Shown: positions 26,087 through 36,370 of the stretch, piece after piece
Layout of the letters: the number at the start of each line of letters is the position of its first letter
Position numbering within the stretch: the stretch's first letter is position 1
NCBI GenBank assembly: GCA_036758885.1
Contig: DAIOVT010000001.1
Location: 1 to 39,723 of the forward strand
Origin: Kineosporiaceae bacterium
GTDB taxonomy: Bacteria > Actinomycetota > Actinomycetes > Actinomycetales > Kineosporiaceae
Direction of reading: 5' to 3'
Length of the DNA: 39,723 nucleotides
Notes under the pieces: model-generated
The model's input: the letters and a program-made list of their open reading frames with translations, nothing else
The model's database searches: none
Told to the model about the DNA's origin: nothing
Made by a program: the position numbers and the translations under genes

Positions 26087-27208
26087 TCACTTGTCCGGGT
26101 CGGGCACCACGACGTCGCGCACCAACGCCTCGAGATCGTTGTTCGCGGCCAGGAACTGGCGCAGCGTGCGACGCGTGGCCCCGAACGAGTCGAACTCGGC
26201 GACGCTCATGCCGTCGACGTCGTAGGCCTTGCGGAACTCCTCGAGCTGACTGTGCAGCGCCTCGACGATCCGCGGCTCGACCGGTGTGTCGATCCGGACG
26301 ACGGGCTCGATACCGCTCATGTTGAACCGCTTCTGGAATCCGAACGGCGGTGAGATGACCATGTCGGCACCGACGAACTCGCTCCAGTGCAAGTGGTTCC
26401 GGAACGCTGCGGACAGCAACCGGGTGCGATAGCCGCGCTCCCGGTAGAGCGCGTAGGCCCGCTTCATGGCCGCCACACCGGCCCATTCGTAGTAACCGGG
26501 GTCGAGACTGACCTGGGCCTGATCGGCGCTGACCTTCATCCAGTCGTCGAGCCGGCCGACCATGATCGTGCACACCGGGCCCATCGTGGCGACGTCCAGG
26601 CCCTCGGCCTCACGACGACGCAGGCCGTTCTCGACCGCCTCTCCGACGGCGAGCGCCTGCGGCACCGTGAACGACACCGTGGCGTTGACGCTGACCCCGC
26701 GATAGGTGACCTCTTCGATCGCCGGGATACCGGCCGCCGTGGCCGGGATCTTCACGATGATGTTCTCGGCGAGCCGGTCGAACTGCAGGGCCTGCTCGAT
26801 CAGCGCCTCGGTGTTGCGGTGCAACCGGGGATCGGTCTGCACCGAGAGCCGGCCGTTGCGGCCCTTGTGCTGGTCGAAGATCGGCTTGAGCAGCGCCGCG
26901 GCCTCGACCGACACCTCCTCGACCACCTTCCAGCCGATGGCGTCCTCGGTGGCGGTCGGGTTCTCGGCGGCGAGCTCACCGATGCGGGCCCGCCAGCGCG
27001 GCAGGTCGGCCTTGATCGCGGCCAGCGCGATCACCGGGTTGCAGGTGGCCCCGACCGCGCCGAAGCTGATCGACTCGGCCAGCTCCGAAGGGGTCGCCGA
27101 GTCGTTCCACAACACCGTGGGCGTGGTGCGGGTCATCGTCAGCAGCGGCGACCGTTCCGCACCACCGGCCGCGCCGGAGACTTCGGTCGGGGTCACGGTC
27201 TGCGTCAT
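26087..27208 (-). CDS. transaldolase-family protein
   Basis: 373 aa. The motifs TVLWNDSA, GATCNP and IVKIPAT (Schiff-base Lys region) are typical of transaldolases. A GAGGAG SD precedes ATG 27208. Confidence 0.85.
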   Translation of the reverse strand: MTQTVTPTEVSGAAGGAERSPLLTMTRTTPTVLWNDSATPSELAESISFGAVGATCNPVIALAAIKADLPRWRARIGELAAENPTATEDAIGWKVVEEVSVEAAALLKPIFDQHKGRNGRLSVQTDPRLHRNTEALIEQALQFDRLAENIIVKIPATAAGIPAIEEVTYRGVSVNATVSFTVPQALAVGEAVENGLRRREAEGLDVATMGPVCTIMVGRLDDWMKVSADQAQVSLDPGYYEWAGVAAMKRAYALYRERGYRTRLLSAAFRNHLHWSEFVGADMVISPPFGFQKRFNMSGIEPVVRIDTPVEPRIVEALHSQLEEFRKAYDVDGMSVAEFDSFGATRRTLRQFLAANNDLEALVRDVVVPDPDK

Positions 27209-27307
27209 GGCTTGCTCCTCGTGGATCTGCCGCATCGAAGGCTGACGATGCATTACGCCTAATGATAGGACAAAGTAACTGCTATGCGGAAGGGGCGCGG
27301 ACGACCC

Positions 27308-28213
27308 TCACCCAGCCACCTCGGACAGGTGCGCGAGCGAAATGCCCGTGTCCTGCCGCGGCTTGGCGGTCGCCACCGGGTCCGGACCGGGCAACGAGGT
27401 GTCCTGCTCGAGCACGTACCAGCCGGTGTAACCGGCCTTCTCCAGCAGCGCGACGATCTCGCCGACGGCGACATCGCCCCGGCCGAGCGGGACGTACATG
27501 TCCTGCTGCACCGCCTGCATGTACGACAGTTCCTCGGACCGCACCCGGACGGCGACCGAGTCGTCGACGTCCTTGAGGTGCACGTGTCCCACCCGGGCGC
27601 CGTGATCGCGGGCCAGGGCGAGGGGGTCGGTGCCGCCGATCAGCAGGTGCCCGGTGTCCAGGCAGAGGTCGAGGTCGCTGTCCCGCAGGAACGCCTCGAC
27701 CTCGTGCCGCTGTTCGACATGAGTGCCGACGTGCGGGTGCAGCGTCGTCCGCAGACCGAACCCCGCGGCGACGTCGCGGATCGCGGCACAGGTGGAGATC
27801 AGGGTCGACCACTCCTGTTCGCTCAGCGCGGGCCGCTCGTCGTAACCCTCCAGCCCGGTGGCGGCCGCCAGCACCAGCACCTCGCCGCCCGCCGCCGCGA
27901 TCTGGGCGCTCGCCCGCCGGGCCTGCTCGAGCGTCGCCTCGGTCTGCGCCGGGTCGTGCAGCAGCACCGCGAGGAAGGCGCCGACCAGGGACAGGTCGAA
28001 TCGGGTGAGCAGGTCGCGCAGACCCTGCGGATCCTCGGGCAGGAACCCCGGCGGGCCGAGCTCGGTGCTGCGCAGTCCGAGCTGCGACATCTCGGCGAGC
28101 ACCTGCTCGACGTCGAGCACATGACCCCAGCCGGGCACCTCACACACACCCCAGCTGATCGGGGCGCCGGCGACCCGGCCACCCAGCAGGGACTCGACAG
28201 GAATCTGGCTCAT
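27308..28213 (-). CDS. iolE: myo-inosose-2 dehydratase-like TIM-barrel protein
   Basis: The order of motifs, APISWGV...LHPHVGT...DTGH...HVHLKDV...PLGRGDV....GY.GWYVLEQD, parallels B. subtilis IolE as I recall it. A GGGAGAA SD is present. Confidence 0.75.
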   Translation of the reverse strand: MSQIPVESLLGGRVAGAPISWGVCEVPGWGHVLDVEQVLAEMSQLGLRSTELGPPGFLPEDPQGLRDLLTRFDLSLVGAFLAVLLHDPAQTEATLEQARRASAQIAAAGGEVLVLAAATGLEGYDERPALSEQEWSTLISTCAAIRDVAAGFGLRTTLHPHVGTHVEQRHEVEAFLRDSDLDLCLDTGHLLIGGTDPLALARDHGARVGHVHLKDVDDSVAVRVRSEELSYMQAVQQDMYVPLGRGDVAVGEIVALLEKAGYTGWYVLEQDTSLPGPDPVATAKPRQDTGISLAHLSEVAG

Positions 28214-28304
28214 GGAACTCGTTCTCCCTTGCGTCGCAACGGTTCTGGGGTTCATCTGGGGTTCGGTGGTGCGTGGGTCGCTGGAGCGGGGTCTTCAGCG
28301 GGTC

Positions 28305-29348
28305 TCAGGGACGCAGCCGCTCCGGGTCGACCTGAACCGGCACGCCGCCGCGCAACGACTCCTCGCAGGCCTCGGCGAGAACCAGCGAGACCAGGCTGTC
28401 GGTCACCGGCGAGGGATTCTTGACCCGGCCGGCGATCACGTCGAGGAAGACGTCGATCTCCCGCGCGTAGGCGGGGGCGAACCGTTCGGCGAAGCTGGGG
28501 TGCGCGTTCGGGCCGGGGTCGGGACCCCCGGGCTCGGCGCTGACCAACGGCGTGGACGCATCGAGGCCGGCCGCCATCGCCCGGCGGCTGCCCAGCACCT
28601 CGAGCCGGCAGTCGTACCCGGTGCCCTGGCGCCGTCCACCGGCGAGCTGGGCGAGCACCCCGCCCTCGAAGACCAGTTGCACGATCGCGGTGTCGACGTC
28701 CCCGGCGTCGGCGAAGCCCGGGTCGACCAGAACCGAGCCCCGAGCCTGCACCTCGACCACGTCGCGCCCGACCAGCCAGGGCACGCAGTCGAGGTCGTGC
28801 ACGAAGAGGTCGCGGAAGATGCCGCCCGAGCCGGCGATGTACTCCAGCGGTGGCGGCAGCGCGTCGAAGGCCGTCGCCCGGACGTAATAGACGTCGCCGA
28901 TCTCGCCGCTCAGGATGCTCTGCTTGATCCGCCAGGTCGCCGGATCGAACCGGCGCTGGAACCCGACCAGCACCGGCACTCCGCTCGCCTCCACCCGGCC
29001 GATCAGCCGGCGAACGGTGGCGATGTCGCCAGCCAGCGGCTTCTCGACCAGTGCCGGGACCCCGGCCTCCACCGCTGCCTCGACCACCTCGGGGTGGGTG
29101 CCGGTGGGTCCGGCGATCAACACACCGTCGACCCCGGCCAGCACCGGGGACAGCCCCGAGGTGGCGACGCTGACCCGCGCCCCGTCGCCCCCCGCACGCG
29201 AGGGGGTGCCGGCGATCATCGCAGCGACCTTGTCGGCGCGGCCGGGCAATGCGTCGAACAGCACGACCTCGTCGACACCGGGCGTCGCCGTGACGTTGTG
29301 CGCGTGCATCTGCCCGATACGGCCTACTCCGACAACGGCAATGCGCAT
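28305..29348 (-). CDS. Gfo/Idh/MocA-family inositol dehydrogenase paralogue
   Basis: It has MRIAVVGVGRIGQMH, LVEKPLA and GFQRRFDP motifs. A GGGAGAG SD precedes ATG 29348. Confidence 0.85.
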   Translation of the reverse strand: MRIAVVGVGRIGQMHAHNVTATPGVDEVVLFDALPGRADKVAAMIAGTPSRAGGDGARVSVATSGLSPVLAGVDGVLIAGPTGTHPEVVEAAVEAGVPALVEKPLAGDIATVRRLIGRVEASGVPVLVGFQRRFDPATWRIKQSILSGEIGDVYYVRATAFDALPPPLEYIAGSGGIFRDLFVHDLDCVPWLVGRDVVEVQARGSVLVDPGFADAGDVDTAIVQLVFEGGVLAQLAGGRRQGTGYDCRLEVLGSRRAMAAGLDASTPLVSAEPGGPDPGPNAHPSFAERFAPAYAREIDVFLDVIAGRVKNPSPVTDSLVSLVLAEACEESLRGGVPVQVDPERLRP

Positions 29349-29460
29349 CCGACTCTCCCGATCTCCCACACTGCGCGCCCGATCGCCGACCGATCCACCC
29401 CCGGTCCAGCGGCACGGCACCGGCACGGCCAGGGACTACGCTGCTGCGCCATTAGCCAGT

Positions 29461-29472
29461 TTGTCAATACAT
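29461..29472 (-). promoter_or_regulatory. TGT-N4-ACA operator upstream of the dehydrogenase-iolE-transaldolase operon
   Basis: Minus strand reads ATGTATTGACAA, which embeds TTGACA. It lies 6 nt after the stop of the upstream hydrolase gene. Confidence 0.4.
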
Positions 29473-29477
29473 ACCAA

Positions 29478-30998
29478 TCACCTCCCTACTGCCGGGACCG
29501 TAGCGGCACTGGATCCGGGTGGCCCGGTCCGCTGGACGACCATGTTCCAGCTGTCGGTACTGACCCCGGGACCGTCCAGGTAGGGCGCCAGCTGCTGCCG
29601 GGCACCGAGCAGTACCGGGTCGGCCGAGGTATCGATGCGATCGGCGGTGCGGCGGTACTCGTCGACGTCGTGGGAGTGCAGCGGATCGGCCACGTCGGCC
29701 CGGACGAGAACCCGGTTCGGCTCGGACGGCGCGGGACGCCCGTCGAGCCAGGGCGTCGGGTCCTGGGCGTGCTCCAGCGACATCATGAACACGTTGCGCG
29801 GCATGGTGACATGACCCACCGGCGAACCCGCGGTGATCACATGGGTGGGCCGCGGTAGATCGGCCGGCCCGGGCTGCGACGCCATCCGCGCGGCGACGAT
29901 CCCGCCGAGGGAATGACCGACGACGAGCACCTGGTCGCCGGGCCTCGCCCCCAGCCGGCGCAGCCCGTGCGCCGCGGCGGTCGCGATCGCGGTGGGCCGG
30001 CCGGTGTAGGCCGCGGCGTCGGCGGAGAGGTCGAACGGGTTCCGGCCCGCCGTCCGGGACCAGTCCTGGGTGCCCGGAACGTGCACCACCCAGGTCGTCG
30101 TCCGCGACCCGGCCGCACCTCCCGGCCGGGTCACGCGGTCGATGCGCATGCTGCCCGGGGCAGCACCGGCGCCCGGTGACAACGCTCCGGTGGCGTTCAG
30201 CAGATCGCCGACGCCGCGGGCGGTGGGCACCCGGCGCCCGGGGGAGATGCCGACCCGTACCGCACTCGACTCGCGAGCCACCCCGGCGTGCTGGGCGAAC
30301 GCGACGAGGCCCCGGGCCCCGGCCCGGGCCAGGACCGGCAGCCCGAACGCCCCGGCGATGACGGCCGGCAGCATGTTCACCGCGGCGTCACCGGCGCCGG
30401 GCGCCGCGGCGAGCAGACGCAATGTGCTGCGCCCCAGCGCCTGCGGGCCGGCCTGCACGAGCCGGCCGAGCGAGGCCCCGCCCCCGAACCGGACGACGGT
30501 CACCAGCACGGCAGGCAGCCTCTCGATGCCGACCAGGCCCACCGCACCCACCGCACCCACCAGCAGCGTGGCGCCGGAGAACGTGATCAGCCGGCCGATG
30601 GCGTAGCCGGCGGTCAGCTCGAGCTGGGCGAAGGTCGCGGCGGTCAGGGCGTCGACACCGCGGTAGGCCGCCGTGGCCAGCCGCAGCCCGGCACCCAGGG
30701 CACCACTGGCGGCGGCGATGCCGAACAGACCCGGGTGTCCGAGCAGGACGGCGCCCAGCGCGGCCTCGAACCGGGCGAACGCGACCGGCGCCTCGAACAC
30801 GGCACCGGCGAACCGCAGATCGAGGCCGATCTGTTTGACCTGCAGGGCGACGACGCCCAACCGTGCCGCGCAATCGAGCAGCAGCCCGGCGGCGTGGTCG
30901 AGGTCCTCCAGGACGGCCGACGTCGACCCGGCACCTCCGCTCACGGTCAACCCGTCGCGCGGGTCGCGATCAGGCACCGGCGGCACCCCCGTTCTCAT
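29478..30998 (-). CDS. multidomain protein: N-terminal Ala/Leu-rich helical region, hydrophobic central segments, C-terminal lipase/PGAP1-class alpha/beta hydrolase
   Basis: It has the VVGHSLGGIVAA nucleophile elbow, downstream D and H candidates (HSHDVDEY), and AAYRGVD (YxxxD) about 115 residues in. The start is uncertain: ATG 30998, GTG 31010 or GTG 30977. Confidence 0.7.
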   Translation of the reverse strand: MRTGVPPVPDRDPRDGLTVSGGAGSTSAVLEDLDHAAGLLLDCAARLGVVALQVKQIGLDLRFAGAVFEAPVAFARFEAALGAVLLGHPGLFGIAAASGALGAGLRLATAAYRGVDALTAATFAQLELTAGYAIGRLITFSGATLLVGAVGAVGLVGIERLPAVLVTVVRFGGGASLGRLVQAGPQALGRSTLRLLAAAPGAGDAAVNMLPAVIAGAFGLPVLARAGARGLVAFAQHAGVARESSAVRVGISPGRRVPTARGVGDLLNATGALSPGAGAAPGSMRIDRVTRPGGAAGSRTTTWVVHVPGTQDWSRTAGRNPFDLSADAAAYTGRPTAIATAAAHGLRRLGARPGDQVLVVGHSLGGIVAARMASQPGPADLPRPTHVITAGSPVGHVTMPRNVFMMSLEHAQDPTPWLDGRPAPSEPNRVLVRADVADPLHSHDVDEYRRTADRIDTSADPVLLGARQQLAPYLDGPGVSTDSWNMVVQRTGPPGSSAATVPAVGR

Positions 30999-31626
30999 CC
31001 GGTTGCTCACCCGGTTGCTCAGCGGGTGGCTCGGTCAGTTGCTCGGTCAGATGCTCGGTCAGTTGCTCGGTCAGTTGCCGCAGCAACGGATCCCGCGGTG
31101 GCTGAGGGCCGGTGCCCGGCGTCCACTGCTGAAGCAGCGTGCGCCGAACCGGCGCGCCGGCCTCGCGCCGGGTCAGGGTGATCCGGGCGTGCCCGCCCGG
31201 CACCGGGTCCTGTGGCGATCCGGTGTTCGGCTCCGGCAGCCAACTCAGCAACTCCTCGGCGGCGGCGCCCTGGGGCAGCAGCGCCAGTTGCACCCAGTCC
31301 AGCGAACGGGACTCGTCGCGGTAGCCGATCCTGATCAGCACGGCGTCCAGACCCGCGCCCCGGCAGGCATGCACCACCAGGCGCAGCCCCGCGTCGGTCA
31401 GTTCCAGACTGACCAGCCGGCGGGCCTGCCCGACCGTCGTCAGCACCGCGGCCGCCGCCGGTGGCAGCACCGCCTCCTCCTCGCTCGCCGGCGGCAACGG
31501 CGGCGGCAGGTTGAAGCCGTTCGCGATGCCGTCGCCCGGCGGCCGGACGCACCACTGCGAGAACAGCGCCGGCGCCACGGTCAGCCGCACCTGCTCGGCG
31601 GGCTCGCCGGACGACGGCCCGGTCAC
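30970..31626 (-). CDS. hypothetical protein, possibly EspG-like chaperone; C-terminal (LTEQ)n/Pro-Glu-rich tail
   Basis: Its GTG 31626 overlaps the stop of the upstream small gene (GTGA), and it overlaps the downstream hydrolase gene. The EspG likeness rests only on size, position and loose sequence feel. Confidence 0.45.
   Translation of the reverse strand: MTGPSSGEPAEQVRLTVAPALFSQWCVRPPGDGIANGFNLPPPLPPASEEEAVLPPAAAAVLTTVGQARRLVSLELTDAGLRLVVHACRGAGLDAVLIRIGYRDESRSLDWVQLALLPQGAAAEELLSWLPEPNTGSPQDPVPGGHARITLTRREAGAPVRRTLLQQWTPGTGPQPPRDPLLRQLTEQLTEHLTEQLTEPPAEQPGEQPDENGGAAGA
31030..31077. repeat. 4 x 12-bp tandem repeat CTCGGTCAG(T/A)TG, coding LTEQ/LTEH on the minus strand
   Basis: Read directly. 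Three copies are identical and one has a single substitution. More degenerate copies flank it at about 31000-31029. Confidence 0.9.
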
Positions 31627-31904
31627 CGCCACGGCCGCACCCCGACCACCCAGGAGATCGGCGAACCCTGCGCCGCCTCCGTCTGCCGATGCAGCTCCGT
31701 CGCCAGACCGGACGCCTCACGCACCGACGCGGCCACCGCCCGGACCTGGGCGGCCAACTCTCCCAGTCGTTCCCGGTAACGGTCCGCGGCCAGCGACGAC
31801 CAGTTGCCGCAGCCGCCGGCGGCCAGCCGTTGCGCGGCATCGTCCACCTGATCGGCCAGCGCCGCGAGCCGATGTGCGGCCGCCAGCGAGACGTCGTCCG
31901 TCAT
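31623..31904 (-). CDS. small helical-hairpin protein, WXG100/EspC-like superfamily candidate
   Basis: 93 aa with two Ala/Leu/Arg-rich helices joined by ..GGCGNWSSLAADRY.. (a WxG-like turn). A GGAG SD is present. It is the first gene of the three-gene overlapping set. Confidence 0.5.
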   Translation of the reverse strand: MTDDVSLAAAHRLAALADQVDDAAQRLAAGGCGNWSSLAADRYRERLGELAAQVRAVAASVREASGLATELHRQTEAAQGSPISWVVGVRPWR

Positions 31905-32075
31905 CTTCCGCTCCCCGATCCCCTATCGGCCCGGTGGTTCCCGGACCGTCGGCCGCCGACGCTACGAACCCGGACGGCGGCTTGGCGAGCGGCGTCGTCC
32001 AGCCTGTGGACAACTGCACGCGAAGTCGGTCCGGGGACGCGACGAGCGGCTCGTCACGCACGTAAGGTCACCTAT

Positions 32076-32609
32076 GTGTTCCGGCCGCCGACCGTCGACC
32101 AACCGCTCCGTGTCTGTTTTGTCTGCACGGGAAACATCTGCCGCTCGCCGATGGCCGAGGCGGTGTTCCGCCGGCAGATCGACGAGGCCGGCCTGACCGC
32201 CCTGGTACACATCGACTCGGCCGGCACCGGCGGCTGGCACGCCGGCGACCAGGCCGACCCGCGCGCCCTGAACACCTTGCACCGCAACGGCTACGACGCC
32301 TACAGCCATCGCGCCCGGCAGTTCGATGCGTCCTGGTTCGACGACCGCGACCTGGTGATCGCGCTGGACCGCAGCCACCGGCGCACCCTCACCGGCTGGG
32401 CACCCGACGAGGCAGCGCGCGCCAAGATCCGGCTGCTGCGCTCCTTCGACCACGATCCGGGCGACCCGGACCTCGACGTGCCCGATCCCTACTACGACGG
32501 CGACGAGGCGTTCGTGCACTCGCTGCGCCTGATCGAGGCGGGCTGCGCCGGACTGCTCGACCGGTTGCGGGATCACTTGCCGCACAACGAGAATCGGGAC
32601 GACGGCTGA
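32076..32609 (+). CDS. low-molecular-weight protein-tyrosine phosphatase
   Basis: It has the VCFVCTGNICRSPMAE (CX5R-S P-loop) and DPYY motifs. I chose GTG 32076 (AAGG 8 nt upstream). The ORF track extends to 31689, which I consider unlikely. Confidence 0.85.
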   Translation: MFRPPTVDQPLRVCFVCTGNICRSPMAEAVFRRQIDEAGLTALVHIDSAGTGGWHAGDQADPRALNTLHRNGYDAYSHRARQFDASWFDDRDLVIALDRSHRRTLTGWAPDEAARAKIRLLRSFDHDPGDPDLDVPDPYYDGDEAFVHSLRLIEAGCAGLLDRLRDHLPHNENRDDG

Positions 32610-32610
32610 C

Positions 32611-33417
32611 GTGAGCGCCGCGGAGACGTTCCGCAAGCACCGCCCGCAGGCGCCGTCCGGACTGCTCGCGGCCGAGGCGGCCGGGTTGCGCTGGCTGGCC
32701 GGGGCCACCGGCGGCGTGCGGACCGTGCTGCCGCTCAACGCGATCGACGAGTCGAGCACCGAGATCCTGCTGCCGCGAGTGCCGCACACCCGGCCGGTCC
32801 GGCCGGCGCACGCCCACGAGTTCGGACGCCGCCTGGCCCGCACCCATGCCACCGGCGGCCAATGGTTCGGCCGCCCGCCCGCCGACCGTGACGCCGGCTC
32901 GCCCGGATTCATCGGCGACCTGCCGCTGACCTACGTGACCCGCCAGGACGCATCGGCGCACTGGGGCACCTTCTACGCCGAGCACCGGCTGCTGCCGTAC
33001 GCACGGCAGGCACTCGCCCAGGGCTCGGTCTCGCCGTCCGCCATGGATCGGATATCGGTTGCGGTGCAACGACTTCAGGACGGCGACCCGCGGCTCTGCG
33101 GGCCGCCCGAGCCGCCGGCGCGGATCCACGGCGACCTCTGGTCGGGCAACGTGATGTGGGACGACGACGGCGCGGTGCTGATCGACCCGGCGGCGCACGG
33201 CGGTCATCGCGAGACCGACCTGGCGATGCTCGCCCTGTTCGGCCTGCCCGACCTGGACGCGGTGCTCACCGGCTACCAGCAGGAGAACCCACTGGCCGAC
33301 GGCTGGCCCGAGCGGGTGGCGGTGCATCAGCTGCACCCGGTCCTGGTGCACGCCGTGCTGTTCGGCGGAAGGTACGGACAACAGGCCGAGGACCTGCTCG
33401 CGCGCTTTCTTGACTGA
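32611..33417 (+). CDS. fructosamine/ketosamine kinase family protein
   Basis: It has HGDLWSGN...D.....IDPA..GGHRE.DLAM motifs. The GTG start is 1 nt after the PTP stop, a common PTP-kinase gene pair. Confidence 0.85.
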   Translation: MSAAETFRKHRPQAPSGLLAAEAAGLRWLAGATGGVRTVLPLNAIDESSTEILLPRVPHTRPVRPAHAHEFGRRLARTHATGGQWFGRPPADRDAGSPGFIGDLPLTYVTRQDASAHWGTFYAEHRLLPYARQALAQGSVSPSAMDRISVAVQRLQDGDPRLCGPPEPPARIHGDLWSGNVMWDDDGAVLIDPAAHGGHRETDLAMLALFGLPDLDAVLTGYQQENPLADGWPERVAVHQLHPVLVHAVLFGGRYGQQAEDLLARFLD

Positions 33418-33444
33418 ATCCAGAAAAGCATCCAGACTCGTGGT
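33408..33444 (+). promoter_or_regulatory. furA promoter with FurA-box-like AT-rich element (leaderless)
   Basis: TCTTGACTGAATCCAGAAAAGCA overlaps the -35. The layout is TTGACT-17 nt-CAGACT-6 nt-GTG(33445). It closely resembles the mycobacterial furA operator as I remember it. Confidence 0.5.
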
Positions 33445-33873
33445 GTGAGTATCGAGTTCGCCGCCGAGCCGTTGTTGCGCAGCGCATCGCTGCGTGTCAC
33501 CCGGCCGCGTCTCGCCGTCCTCACCGCCGTGCACGAGAACCCGCACGCCGACACCGACTCGATCATCCGGACGGTGCGCGACAAGCTTCCCGAGGTCTCC
33601 ACGCAGGCGGTCTACGACGTGCTCCGGGCACTCACCCAGGCCGGGCTGTTGCGGCGCATCGAACCGGCCGGATCAGTGGCGCGCTACGAGACCCGGATCC
33701 ACGACAACCACCACCACCTGGTGTGTCGCAGCTGCGGCGCGATCGAGGACGTCGACTGCTCGATCGGCCCGGCCCCCTGTCTCACCGCTTCCGATGATCA
33801 CGGCTACGTGATCGACGAGGCGGAGGTCGTGTACTGGGGCATCTGCCCCCGGTGCGCGGCCAGCAAGTCATAA
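33445..33873 (+). CDS. furA: Fur-family peroxide-responsive regulator
   Basis: It has TRPRLAVL, HHHHLVC..CG and C.RC motifs, and lies immediately upstream of katG. Confidence 0.9.
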   Translation: MSIEFAAEPLLRSASLRVTRPRLAVLTAVHENPHADTDSIIRTVRDKLPEVSTQAVYDVLRALTQAGLLRRIEPAGSVARYETRIHDNHHHLVCRSCGAIEDVDCSIGPAPCLTASDDHGYVIDEAEVVYWGICPRCAASKS

Positions 33874-36096
<2,223 letters not shown>

Positions 36097-36176
36097 AACA
36101 CTTTGCGCACCGACCGGTTCAGCTGACCGGTTCGGTGTGCAACCGCAGCACGCATCACCGCTGCTTGCACCACCCC

Positions 36177-36208
36177 AGGGCCCGGACGCCGCGCAGCGTC
36201 CGGGCCCT
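36177..36208 (+). terminator. GC-rich hairpin downstream of katG
   Basis: AGGGCCCGGACGC-cgcgca-GCGTCCGGGCCCT, a perfect 13-bp stem. A weaker imperfect hairpin lies at 36105-36140. Confidence 0.6.
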
Positions 36209-36370
36209 CCCCGTGATGCCGAAACTGCCGTATCGAAAAACTGCGGTGACCGGGCGCCGTCCGGCGTGCTAAGAAGTTCCTGCGAACCGCTGCCGTCCGG
36301 AAGAGGCTGACCGTTGCTCCTGTGAACCGACCGTCGACGTCCTGTCGTTCCGTCTGTTCCGGGAGTGCCC

